Positions 19,641 to 29,040 of a stretch of DNA of 64,000 nt are shown here, piece after piece. Location: NCBI GenBank assembly GCA_963666835.2, contig CAXXGO010000001.1:1760001-1824000 (forward strand), read 5' to 3'. Positions within the stretch are counted from its first letter, which is position 1, and each line of letters opens with the position of its first letter. The stretch is from Phycisphaerae bacterium (GTDB lineage: Bacteria > Planctomycetota > Phycisphaerae > UBA1845). A model generated the notes under the pieces. It had not been told where the DNA came from, searched no databases, and saw only the letters and a list, made by a program, of their open reading frames with translations. The position numbers and the translations under genes are program-made.

Positions 19641-20249
19641 CTAGCCCGGTTCGACATCGGCGGTCGGATCGGAGGCGGCAGGCGGAAGAGACGATGTCGC
19701 CTTGACCTTATCGGCCAGCCACGACTTCATCGCCTTGGGGGCACGCGCCAAGCGCCATTCGTCGTGTTCGCGGACGATCATAAGAATAGTCTGGCGCTGA
19801 GGTTCCTGCTGGATGCCGCTAAGGTCCGGATCGAAGGTGACCTCCGCTAAGATCGTGTAGGCGGGCTGCGGTTTGGCCTCGGTGCCGTCGGAGCCCAGGC
19901 TCACCCGCTCCAGGGCTTTGATTTGGACCCGTTGCACTGCGCGCCAACCTCGTTCGAACTCGTCGCGGGGTAGGGGATCCTCGCGGGCGACCCAGAGCGA
20001 GCGGAACAAGTCGTAGTCGCCGCCGGCGCAGGCGGCCATCGCCCCGGTTACGAATTCATTCACGGTCTCATCTGCGACCCGCAAACTCGGCGGAAAAACC
20101 AGCTCGGCTCCGGCGGGTTCGGGCTCAGGTATTGCCAGGTTGCCGGTTGCGGAGTTGGTAGTGTCATCCCTGCGGCACCCCGGCCCGATGGTCCAGAGAG
20201 CGGCGGCGGATACGACAAGTACGACGAGCCGATTGTGCAATAGCTTCAT
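19641..20249 (-). CDS. Hypothetical lipoprotein
   Basis: Signal peptide ending GPGC; GAGG RBS; C-terminal VREHDEWRL suggests NTF2-like fold (inference). Confidence 0.7.
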   Translation of the reverse strand: MKLLHNRLVVLVVSAAALWTIGPGCRRDDTTNSATGNLAIPEPEPAGAELVFPPSLRVADETVNEFVTGAMAACAGGDYDLFRSLWVAREDPLPRDEFERGWRAVQRVQIKALERVSLGSDGTEAKPQPAYTILAEVTFDPDLSGIQQEPQRQTILMIVREHDEWRLARAPKAMKSWLADKVKATSSLPPAASDPTADVEPG

Positions 20250-20623
20250 AGCGAACCTCGTACGGGAGCTTTCTTCTGCGTCGGATCGTAGTAAGACCGG
20301 GCGGCGGCGCCAACCGAACGCCTAATCCCATGCAGGCCAAGACAGGGCAAAAGCGCCAAGCGACCGGTTACCGGATCAGGGCGTCCGGCCGAGAGGGGGG
20401 GGGTGGTGGAGACGCCAATGCGTGCTCGCAAAGGCCAAACGGAAGCCTTCAGCAAACGGGGACGAGATAACCGTGTTATCGACCTACCGGTAGACTGATT
20501 ACCCGCGAGCCCCTGATGGAATACGACGACGCAGGATTTTGCGGGCGATGAACAGCCAATCCTGACGCCCCCCTGGTGGTGGGAGACGCCGCTATGGCGA
20601 GGATTCCACTACTTAGTGGGCGA

Positions 20624-21169
20624 TCAGCGACTGGGACTGGAGATCTGCTCGCGCAGAATCCGAGCGAGCGTCTCGCGCGCTTGCGGATCGAGAGATCCCT
20701 GGGTCAAGTCGAAACGTTCCACGCGACGCCGCTCTTCGAGGTAGTTGCGGATGTCCGGGACCAGGCGAATCGCGTCTTTGAGGATTCCGCGGAGTTCGCC
20801 GATCGAGAACTGATCGACGGTGTTGACCCGCCGGGATACCTCGTCCAGCAGTCGGCGGAACTCGCCCAGCCAGTCGCGGTAGTTGTTTTCCTGAGCCAGG
20901 TAATGCTCGGCGTCGGAGATCAAGAACGTGCGGATCACGTCCCGGTCGGTCTCGGTGAGCGGTTCATCGCGATCCAGTCGTTTGATGGTCTGTTTGACCT
21001 CGCGGGCCCACATTGATTGCTGCATCTCCCGGAGATGGCTTTCGATTCCGCTGAGCCGTCGTTCGATGTCAATGAAATCCTCGACGGTCGGATTCTCTAG
21101 AGCATAATCTCCCGTCTCCTTGAGTTGCTCCACGGATTCGGTAAGTTGCGTGGTCGCGGCCGTCGCCAT
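20624..21169 (-). CDS. Hypothetical helical protein
   Basis: Charged helical ORF with GGAGG RBS before ATG 21169. Confidence 0.7.
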   Translation of the reverse strand: MATAATTQLTESVEQLKETGDYALENPTVEDFIDIERRLSGIESHLREMQQSMWAREVKQTIKRLDRDEPLTETDRDVIRTFLISDAEHYLAQENNYRDWLGEFRRLLDEVSRRVNTVDQFSIGELRGILKDAIRLVPDIRNYLEERRRVERFDLTQGSLDPQARETLARILREQISSPSR

Positions 21170-21604
21170 GATCGCCTCCATCTTCAGTTGGGGGGTTGTC
21201 CGATAAACGGCGGGCGCCCCGGCAGCCCAACGCCGCCCGACGCTCCTTCAGACCATCGACTCGGTAACGTACGGCCTTGAACAGTGTCCTTTGCGATGCC
21301 GGCGTGGGCCCGAACGCGTGGCATCTTGCGGACTCCCTGCGCCGGTAACGATGTTCGCAGACCTTAGCTATGGTCGGAGGGCACGGGGGGCGGGCACGCT
21401 GTCGATCCCGGTGCCCTTCCAGAGCGAGGCCGAGTTGGTGTCGTTCTGAGCGGGGTTGTTCTCGGGTTGTGCGAGATCTGCCCGAATCGACCGGAAACCT
21501 GAGCGGGTCGCGGAGGGTTCTCTCGAAGTACGTCGCTTCCAGCAATCGCTCCATCCGCCCCGGTTGACTCGCCGGGGGGCGTCGGTAGACTTCCACTAGC
21601 GAAT

Positions 21605-21691
21605 GCCCGGGTGGCGGAATTGGCAGACGCGCAAGCTTGAGGTGCTTGTGTCCAAATATCGGACGTGCTGGTTCGAATCCAGTCCCGGGCA
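21605..21691 (+). tRNA. tRNA-Leu (GAG), long variable arm, CCA not encoded
   Basis: GCCCGGG/CCCGGGC acceptor stem, D loop TGGCGGAATTGGCAGAC, CAAGC-TT GAG GT-GCTTG anticodon arm, GGTTCGAATCC T loop. Confidence 0.97.
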
Positions 21692-21882
21692 GTTTTCCTC
21701 GACGTTGCGCCGCGCGGCGGCTTACCGTGCGACGGTTGAAAGGCGGCCGGATCCTGATCCCCGCCGCAGGTTCGCAGCAGTCTCCGCCGATGTAAACTTC
21801 GGTTGGTCGGGGTGAAAGCCGGATTATCCGGGGTTTGCCGGCGGGGCGCCGCCCGTCGTTCTTCCACGAGGAATGGCAGCCG

Positions 21883-22437
21883 ATGGCCGCGGTCAAGACC
21901 AGGGTGCAACTCAGACTGCAGCTCAGAACGTTCGAGGCAGGCGATGCGTTGCCGATCACTCATTGGGTACGCGATGACGACGAGCTTCGCCGGTTGGCCC
22001 CCGGAACGGAGCCGCCCCTTACCCCGGAGAAGATAATCGGGTGGAAGAAGTCCGGGGGGCGGGCTTTTACGCTCGTGCGGGCCGATGATCGCAGTACCCC
22101 GATCGGCTATGGGGAGCTCAACCCCATGCTACGCGATCGGGACCATCTCTGGCTGGGCCACGCAATTGTGTCTCCGGACGAGCGGGGACGGGGGATCGGT
22201 ACGGCGTTCGTGACGGGGTTGGCTCGGTTAGCCTTTGACCGGTTGGGCGCCCAGAGGATCTCGCTGATTGTCTTCCCCGAGAATGCCGCCGCGATCGAGT
22301 GCTACCGACGGGTGGGGTTTGCCGTCATGGGGGAGGAGTATCATGTCTTCGGCGGTACAAGATACCGCCTGCTGCGTATGCAGATAAGTCCGGTTGACGT
22401 TGCTCCTCTGCGAGGACCGGGTGATTCCTGCGCCTAG
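21883..22437 (+). CDS. GNAT family N-acetyltransferase
   Basis: SPDERGRGIG, VFPENAAAIECYRRVGF. Confidence 0.88.
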   Translation: MAAVKTRVQLRLQLRTFEAGDALPITHWVRDDDELRRLAPGTEPPLTPEKIIGWKKSGGRAFTLVRADDRSTPIGYGELNPMLRDRDHLWLGHAIVSPDERGRGIGTAFVTGLARLAFDRLGAQRISLIVFPENAAAIECYRRVGFAVMGEEYHVFGGTRYRLLRMQISPVDVAPLRGPGDSCA

Positions 22438-22518
22438 TTGCGCAATTTTGGCGCAACCCGTTTTTTCGGTGAGTTGGCGGAATCAGGTTCGCGGAGGTTC
22501 GAGCGCGGCGCTTCTTAA

Positions 22519-22728
22519 TCAGCTATCCGTAGTGGATTCCACCTGAATGGCCGCGAAGACTCCGTCGACAACGCCATCCAAGATCAGATCTAATCCGCTT
22601 TCTATTGCGGGAAGAGCCGCGTCCCGAAACTCCGGACCGTGCAGGCATCCCACCTGCACCGGAAGAACTGCCAATCCCAAGGCAGTGAGTACCGCCCGCC
22701 GTCCAAGGTCGCTTTTTTTCCGTACCAT
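22519..22728 (-). CDS. Small putative Tat-type lipoprotein
   Basis: GGGAG RBS; GRRAVL twin-arginine-like motif, hydrophobic stretch, QVGC lipobox-like site. Confidence 0.6.
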   Translation of the reverse strand: MVRKKSDLGRRAVLTALGLAVLPVQVGCLHGPEFRDAALPAIESGLDLILDGVVDGVFAAIQVESTTDS

Positions 22729-22851
22729 CTGTCAACTCCCCGGGATCACCGAGTAGCCGGTCTTGTCCATCGCGCCGGACTGCCTGGTGTCACCGTAGGC
22801 CGTATCGGTGATCGGGCGAAGAAAAGTTGAGGCGGCGTAGGTGCCGGCCGG

Positions 22852-23763
22852 CTACGCCCGTCCGGTCGCCCAAGGCGAGGGCGCAATTGCTGCCGAGCGG
22901 AGCCCGCCGACCGCATTGACCGCGGGCTGATTGGCTCGGAGCGCTCCACCCATCAGACGTACGGCAGCTACCATCAGGAGAATCCAGAATGCCACCTTCA
23001 CTGTTCGAAGGGGCAACCGATGTGTCAGTTTGCTGCCGAGCGTGCTTCCGATGATTGCTGTTGGAATCAAGATGACGGCCAGTCGAAAGGACTCTAAGGC
23101 TCCGCCATGGTCTGCGAGGTAGGCCCAGTTCTTCACCGTAGCGCCGATCAGGCTCGTGGCCACGATCATCGCGGCGGAGTTGGCGATTGCAGTCCTGATC
23201 GGCGTTCCGAAGAGCTTGCGTTGTAGGGGGACCGCGAGGACTCCACCCCCGACCCCCAGCAGGCCTGCTACCAGACCGGTCGGTATTGCCACCATCGCGG
23301 CACGAGTCCACCCGTTGTTTCCGGCGGGCTGTGCGGGAAGAGCCGTTTCGGCGCGGTTCGATTTATCGCGTCTGTCGGGGCGCAGGGTCTGAAACAGGTC
23401 ATGCCCGGCGACCGCCAGAAGAAACAAGCCGAACGTAGCCCGCAGGTAAGCTTCGCCTTCTCCCGAGAACAACGCGAGTTCGCTGAGGGCAACCCCGACA
23501 ATCACCGCGGCGATGGCCGGCGGGACGAGGCGCTGAACCATTCTGCGGCTTATGGCTTTGGCTCTATAGTGCTGATAGACCGCGGGGACGACCACGAAGA
23601 AGTTGACGATCATGGCAGCGGCTTGATAGAGATGTTGATCCGGTCCCAACAGCTCCGTCATGGCCGGGATCATGACGATGCTGCCACCTACGCCGAGCAT
23701 TCCGCCGACTAAGCCGGCGACGAGCCCGATAGCGACTAGGGCGATTCCTTCCACAGGGTCCAA
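22852..23763 (-). CDS. Sulfite exporter TauE/SafE family protein
   Basis: Duplicated GLxxGxLGVGG motifs and multiple TM helices. Confidence 0.9.
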   Translation of the reverse strand: MDPVEGIALVAIGLVAGLVGGMLGVGGSIVMIPAMTELLGPDQHLYQAAAMIVNFFVVVPAVYQHYRAKAISRRMVQRLVPPAIAAVIVGVALSELALFSGEGEAYLRATFGLFLLAVAGHDLFQTLRPDRRDKSNRAETALPAQPAGNNGWTRAAMVAIPTGLVAGLLGVGGGVLAVPLQRKLFGTPIRTAIANSAAMIVATSLIGATVKNWAYLADHGGALESFRLAVILIPTAIIGSTLGSKLTHRLPLRTVKVAFWILLMVAAVRLMGGALRANQPAVNAVGGLRSAAIAPSPWATGRA

Positions 23764-23795
23764 TCCTCGGATTGTGACGCGGCGATGCTCTTGCG

Positions 23796-24893
23796 TTACT
23801 GGATCAGCATCGCGTCACCGTAGCTGTAGAACCGGTATTTCCGGGCAATGGCGTACTCGTACGCCCGCCGCGTTGTCTCTACCCCGGCGAAGGCCATCAC
23901 CAGCGCCAAGAGTGTACTGCGCGGCAGATGGAAATTCGTCAGCATCACGTCCACTACCTGCAGCGAATGTGGCGGATAGAGAAACAGGTCGGTAGTGCCC
24001 CGCTGCGCCCGCACCAGCCGCTCTGCTCCGGTTTCTACCGAAGATTCGAGCACGCGCACGCTGGTGGTTCCGACTGCGACGACGTGCCCGCTGCGCTCGC
24101 GGCACCTTCGCACCGCTTGAGCAGCTTCCTCGGGTAGCTCGAACGCTTCGGTGTGCATATCGTGCTCGCGCAGGCGATTGACGCTGATGGGTCTGAACGT
24201 GCCTGCCCCGACGTGCAGGGTGACCAGGGTCGTTTCGATGCCTCCTTCGCGAAGGCGGTCGAGGAGATTGCCCGTCAGGTGCAACCCGGCGGTCGGGGCC
24301 GCCACGGCTCCCGGTTTGCACGCGTACACCGTCTGATAACGGGAACGGTCCTGTGGGTCGGATTCGTCCGACCCGGATTGGCGGCGGATATACGGTGGCA
24401 GCGGTGGCCGGCCGACCTGTTCGAGGATTGCCTCGGGCGACCCCGCCGAGTTCACCGAGACTCGCCATTCCCCCGCGCCGCAGTTTTCGAGCAGACACAA
24501 CTCGACAACTTCGGTCCCGGCCCCTTGGACCGGCAGAGTTTCCCCGATCTTGAGTCGCCGTGATCCCTGTAGCATCACACGCCAAACCCCGGGAGTCTCT
24601 TCACTCAGGAAAAGTCCCCCAACGGCGCCTCCGGTGGAGCGTCTGGCTAGAAACCGCGCCGGCAGGACCTTCGTATCGTTGAGCACGAGCAGATCGCCCG
24701 CCCGGAGCACCTGTGGGAGTGCGGCGATACCCAGGTCCGACAGGCTGCCGTCCGCTCGGTTTACCACCAGCATCCGGGCGTCTTCTCTCGCCTTGGGCGG
24801 ATGTTGGGCGATCAGAGACTCCGGCAGGACGTAATCCAGCTTGTCAATGCAGAAGTCCCCGGCATCCGGGGTATCATGGGCGCCGGTGTTCAT
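23796..24893 (-). CDS. queA: S-adenosylmethionine:tRNA ribosyltransferase-isomerase
   Basis: LIAQHP, NDTKVLPAR, PLPPYI, AAPTAGLH, NFHLPRSTL, YRFYSYGDAM. Confidence 0.97.
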   Translation of the reverse strand: MNTGAHDTPDAGDFCIDKLDYVLPESLIAQHPPKAREDARMLVVNRADGSLSDLGIAALPQVLRAGDLLVLNDTKVLPARFLARRSTGGAVGGLFLSEETPGVWRVMLQGSRRLKIGETLPVQGAGTEVVELCLLENCGAGEWRVSVNSAGSPEAILEQVGRPPLPPYIRRQSGSDESDPQDRSRYQTVYACKPGAVAAPTAGLHLTGNLLDRLREGGIETTLVTLHVGAGTFRPISVNRLREHDMHTEAFELPEEAAQAVRRCRERSGHVVAVGTTSVRVLESSVETGAERLVRAQRGTTDLFLYPPHSLQVVDVMLTNFHLPRSTLLALVMAFAGVETTRRAYEYAIARKYRFYSYGDAMLIQ

Positions 24894-24982
24894 GCCTGCC
24901 TGGTATGACTCGGGTTGCTCCCTAGGTCAAGAGGGTTGCGCGCACCGTAGCGTCGTGGTCACGGATTCTGCTCCGTGTTACC

Positions 24983-25921
24983 ATGAGTCCAATGAAGCGA
25001 AAGTCTAACCTCAAAGCCTGGATCCAGTACGTCGCGATCCGCACGGTCTTTGCGGTGATGCAGGCTTTTCCCATCGATTGGAACCTGCGCACCGGACGTT
25101 GGCTTGCGTGGGTGTGGATCCGTCTGCAGCCGCGGTACCGTGATCGGGCCATGACCCATCTGGCGTCGTCGTTCGGTAGGAACCTGACTCCCGCAGAGAT
25201 TCGTAATCTGGCCAACCGATCCCTCGAGTGCCTGGCCATGTGGGCGGTCGAGGTGGCGTGCATGCCGCGCCTGGTCAACCGGTTTACCTGGTCGCGTTAC
25301 ATCAATCTGGTGAATTTCGAAGAGGTGCTCGGGCTGATCGTGGAGGGGCGCGGGGTCATTATGGTGACCGGGCACTACGGCTCCTTCGAGTTAATCGGAC
25401 ATCTTCTGGCGGCGTTCGGCTTCAACATGACGGCGGTAATGCGACCGTTGGATAACGTCTATCTGAACGAGTACCTGGTCTCGACCAGACGGATGCACGG
25501 GTTACGCCTGTTGGACAAGAAGGGCGCGATGCGCGATGCGGAATCCGTTGTTAGAAGCGGCGGGCTGCTGAGTTTCATCGGCGATCAGGATGCCGGCCGT
25601 AAGGGGCTGTTTGTGGATTTCTTCGGTCGGCCGGCGTCTACGTATAAGTCGATCGGCCTGCTCGCGATGACGACCGGCCGACCGATTGTCGTCGGCTATG
25701 CGCGTCGCTACGGTAACGTCGCCCGTTACGATGTCGGCGTGCAGAGGATCATCTACCCGCGCGAGTGGGAGAAGCAGGAGGATCCGCTTCGCTGGATCAC
25801 GGAGAGCTACACCTCGGCCGTTGAGGAGTTCGTCCGCGACGATCCGGAGCAGTACCTTTGGATTCACCGCCGATGGAAGTCGGTTCCGCGAGTGCGCCGC
25901 GGATCTGGCGGGCGAGAATGA
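24983..25921 (+). CDS. Lipid A lauroyl / lysophospholipid acyltransferase family (HtrB/LpxL-like)
   Basis: GHYGSFE, DQD, FVDFFGRPAST, PEQYLWIHRRWK. Confidence 0.9.
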   Translation: MSPMKRKSNLKAWIQYVAIRTVFAVMQAFPIDWNLRTGRWLAWVWIRLQPRYRDRAMTHLASSFGRNLTPAEIRNLANRSLECLAMWAVEVACMPRLVNRFTWSRYINLVNFEEVLGLIVEGRGVIMVTGHYGSFELIGHLLAAFGFNMTAVMRPLDNVYLNEYLVSTRRMHGLRLLDKKGAMRDAESVVRSGGLLSFIGDQDAGRKGLFVDFFGRPASTYKSIGLLAMTTGRPIVVGYARRYGNVARYDVGVQRIIYPREWEKQEDPLRWITESYTSAVEEFVRDDPEQYLWIHRRWKSVPRVRRGSGGRE

Positions 25922-26026
25922 AAGCGTAGCGATGCTCGAGTCGCTCCGCTTTCCGGTTGACCGGTTTGTGGTGTGAACCTAGAATCACGCCGGTCCTATT
26001 ACGTTTTCAAGCTGGAAGGAGCAGTC

Positions 26027-26377
26027 ATGGCAGGCCCCGACACGCTAGTATTCAGCGATAGTAACTTCGATGACGAGGTGCTTAACTCAGATGTGCCAGT
26101 GTTGGTCGATTTTTGGGCTGAGTGGTGTGGCCCGTGCAAGGCGCTGGGGCCTGTGATCGACGAGCTGGCGACCGAGTATGCGGGCAAGGTCAAGATAGGT
26201 AAGGTTGACACGGACGGAAACCGGGAGGTATCGGTTCGTTTCCAGATCAGCTCGATCCCGACGGTTATACTGTTCCACGACGGTGAGATCGTGGAGCGGA
26301 TTGTCGGGCTTCGCGGGGTGAAGGACTTCAGAGTTGCTCTGGACAGCGTGCTACGCACCGGTGGCGTGGCCGATTGA
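26027..26377 (+). CDS. trxA: Thioredoxin
   Basis: VLVDFWAEWCGPCK, SIPT; AAGGAG RBS. Confidence 0.96.
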   Translation: MAGPDTLVFSDSNFDDEVLNSDVPVLVDFWAEWCGPCKALGPVIDELATEYAGKVKIGKVDTDGNREVSVRFQISSIPTVILFHDGEIVERIVGLRGVKDFRVALDSVLRTGGVAD

Positions 26378-26500
26378 GCACCGGGCGAGCAGAAGACTCG
26401 TTCGGGATAGTGGCTCTGCGTGACGTAAGACTGTGCCGTGCTCGCGAGGTAGCTCTCGTTGGAGCACGGCTTATCGTGTGCGCGGCCGAGGGGTACCGCC

Positions 26501-27793
26501 ATGGTACATCCGAATATTGAAGCTGATAGCCCATGGGACAGCGATCCTGAGGATCGTCTGCACACCGGTTGTGGAAGCTGTGGGAGTGATTCCGCTTGTG
26601 CGGAGTCCGCTCAGGCCTCAGGGGCCAAGGGTCTTCCAACGACGGCGGTGCGATACGGCTATATGCAGTATATTGGGGAGTTTGCCTACTCGCCCGAGCT
26701 TCGGTTCACCTACCGCGCGAAGCTGATCATCCAAACCAAACGAGGCATTGAGATTGGCGAACATGTGCCGCTGACGTGCAGCGGGTGCGATAAGGCGGTT
26801 CAGCGGGAACAGGTGCAGGCGTGGGTCGAAGCCTGTGGCCGGGATTCCTACATACTCGACGCCGGGCGCGTGTTGCGTGAGGCCACCGCAGCGGATTTGG
26901 CGGAGCATGTGAGGATCCAAAGCACGTCTCGGGAGAAACGTGAGTATTGCCAGCAGCTTGCCGATGCCCGGAAGCTTCCGTTGAAGATCGTCGAATGCGA
27001 ATGTCCCATCGGGGGTGAACGCATCGTCTATTACTTCACTGCGGCGGAGCGCGTGGACTTCCGGGGGCTGGTGAAGGACCTGGCCAAGGAGTACCGCACC
27101 CGTATCGAGATGCGCCAAGTGGGGGCTCGCGATGAGGCTCGGCTTCTGGCGGATTTCGAGACTTGTGGCCAGGAGGTCTGCTGCAGAGTTTTCCTCAAGA
27201 CGCTTAAGCCGATCAGTATGCGAATGGCCAAGTTGCAGAAGTCCACTTTGGACCCGACGCAGGTTTCGGGGCGGTGTGGGCGCCTCAAGTGCTGCCTGCG
27301 TTACGAGCATGTTGGTTACGAGGAGTTGGACAAGAAGCTGCCGCGGACGGGAACTCGCTTGGATACGGAGTACGGCGAGGGGACCGTCATCGGCCGACAG
27401 GTGATTACCCAGCTTCTGCAGATTAGAACCGAGGCCGACACGGTTGTAACGGTACCGCTCAGTGAGACCTCGGAACCCGGTACTCGGAAGCGATCGGCGC
27501 GGACACCTGAAGTGAAGGAAGCGCGAACCGGCAGTGCGCCGGCGGCCAGACCTCGAAGGGGGAAGCCCGCCGACAAGTCGGGGCGGGGCGGCTCGGCTTC
27601 GAAGTCCGGGCGCCGTCCACCGCGGGTGGCGAGCAGCGGTACCGGCGAAGGCTCGTCCGGCGAGCCTAAGGATGCCGGGCAAGCGGAACGGAAGAAAGGG
27701 CAGCGTACTCGGCGGCGGCGTCCGCGGCGCCGGCGTTCCCGTAGGGAGGGCAATCCCGGAGGTGATTCCCCGGGTCCGGGTAACGCGTCGTGA
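26501..27793 (+). CDS. PSP1 C-terminal domain protein (YaaT/RicT-like) with basic disordered tail
   Basis: RVDFRGLVKDLA, RIEMRQVGARDEA, CGQEVCC, SGRCGRLKCCLRYE. Confidence 0.88.
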   Translation: MVHPNIEADSPWDSDPEDRLHTGCGSCGSDSACAESAQASGAKGLPTTAVRYGYMQYIGEFAYSPELRFTYRAKLIIQTKRGIEIGEHVPLTCSGCDKAVQREQVQAWVEACGRDSYILDAGRVLREATAADLAEHVRIQSTSREKREYCQQLADARKLPLKIVECECPIGGERIVYYFTAAERVDFRGLVKDLAKEYRTRIEMRQVGARDEARLLADFETCGQEVCCRVFLKTLKPISMRMAKLQKSTLDPTQVSGRCGRLKCCLRYEHVGYEELDKKLPRTGTRLDTEYGEGTVIGRQVITQLLQIRTEADTVVTVPLSETSEPGTRKRSARTPEVKEARTGSAPAARPRRGKPADKSGRGGSASKSGRRPPRVASSGTGEGSSGEPKDAGQAERKKGQRTRRRRPRRRRSRREGNPGGDSPGPGNAS

Positions 27794-27832
27794 CTACAGT
27801 CGATCCGGCGACCGGTCGACTCAAACGCTAAG

Positions 27833-28369
27833 ATGGACGAGCACTCGGCGAAATCACTGGACGCTTTGGTTGAACACGTCGGTCGCTATCCGGCCGCTGC
27901 GTTTCTCTTCGTGCGCGAGGCGCTCAGCTATGCGGCGGAGAAAGTCCACGGGCGGGAGACCGAGGCCCACCGCCGGCTCCATCATTACCTTGCCTCGCAC
28001 GAGATGGACTGGAATGACATGATCGCCCAGTATCATGCCGGCGATCTCCCCGAGGGCGTGGTGCAGGCCATCGAGGCGGCCGGCGGCTGCGAGTCCCTGA
28101 ACCGGCATGTCACCGGTCCGGAACTGTGCTGGGGAATCCGGGATTATGCTCTGGAGCGTTGGGGTATGCTCGCTCCGGTGGTGTTGGAGTCGTGGAGTAT
28201 CAAGAGCACGATGGACCTGGGGCGGATTGTGTTCGGGTTTATCGATTTCGAGATGATGCAGCGTCAGGACGACGACAAGATAGAAGATTTCGAGGACGTC
28301 TACTCGTTTGACGAGGCGTTCGACACGAGATTCCCCCCCGCCCCGCCGCGCGATGATACGGGCGATTAA
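27833..28369 (+). CDS. Minf_1886-like protein (PVC superphylum family)
   Basis: RYPAAAFLFVREAL, RHVTGPELCWG, WSIKSTMDLGRIVF, DFEDVYSFDEAF. Confidence 0.75.
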   Translation: MDEHSAKSLDALVEHVGRYPAAAFLFVREALSYAAEKVHGRETEAHRRLHHYLASHEMDWNDMIAQYHAGDLPEGVVQAIEAAGGCESLNRHVTGPELCWGIRDYALERWGMLAPVVLESWSIKSTMDLGRIVFGFIDFEMMQRQDDDKIEDFEDVYSFDEAFDTRFPPAPPRDDTGD

Positions 28370-28400
28370 GCCCGTCGGGTGCGGTCACTTTCAGAGACGA

Positions 28401-28694
28401 CTAACTGGAAGACGCGGTGTCGTCCTTCGTGCTGACTTCGACCTTTGGCGCTGCTTCAGAGGCGGGCGGGGCGCTCTGCTCAAGCTTAGGCTGGGCCGGA
28501 GGCGAGACGCGTGAGTGTGTTTCGACGTCGTCTTTGACCTCTCTGATCCCCTTTTTGAACTCGACGATGCTCTTACCGACCGAGCGCGCAACATCGGGGA
28601 GCCGCCGCCCGAAGATCAGCAGGCCAAGCGCTGCGATAACCAACAGTTCCGGCCAACCGGGCATTCCAAAAGCTATGATTGCTTGGTCCATCAT
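28401..28694 (-). CDS. tatA: Twin-arginine translocase TatA/E subunit
   Basis: GWPELLVI..LLIFG.RLP..RSVGKSIVEFKKG. Confidence 0.93.
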   Translation of the reverse strand: MMDQAIIAFGMPGWPELLVIAALGLLIFGRRLPDVARSVGKSIVEFKKGIREVKDDVETHSRVSPPAQPKLEQSAPPASEAAPKVEVSTKDDTASSS

Positions 28695-29040
28695 TCGTAT
28701 CCTGACCGTTTCCAGGGGCTGCTGAGTTAAGCGTAACCGCCGCATCTAAGTCCGCCGGCGGGCTGCCTGAGGCGCGGGCAGTCGGGCGGATCTGCCGGCC
28801 CGGAACTGCCCCGATTGGACGATCGGGGACGCCGAGGTTCAACTCCCGGGATTATAGCGGCATTGTCCGGAGGACGTCAAAGCACCACAAGGCACCACTA
28901 AGGCTCAGGGTCTATCGGCTCTTGGGCGAGGATAGTCGGGGCTTTTCTTGTCAGCGGGCGCTGCGCGCGTACAATCGCCACGCACGGTATTTCCGCCCGC
29001 TTGGGGCGGGCGGTCCCTGAAAATAACTGCGAAAAGTCCC

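Noticed and set aside
20396..20480. G-run and GATAAC-CGT-GTTATC palindrome as phase-variation or operator sites
   Set aside because: Single short occurrences with no supporting context
21605..21720. Integrative element at tRNA-Leu
   Set aside because: No integrase nearby and no duplicated tRNA 3' end noticed in the window
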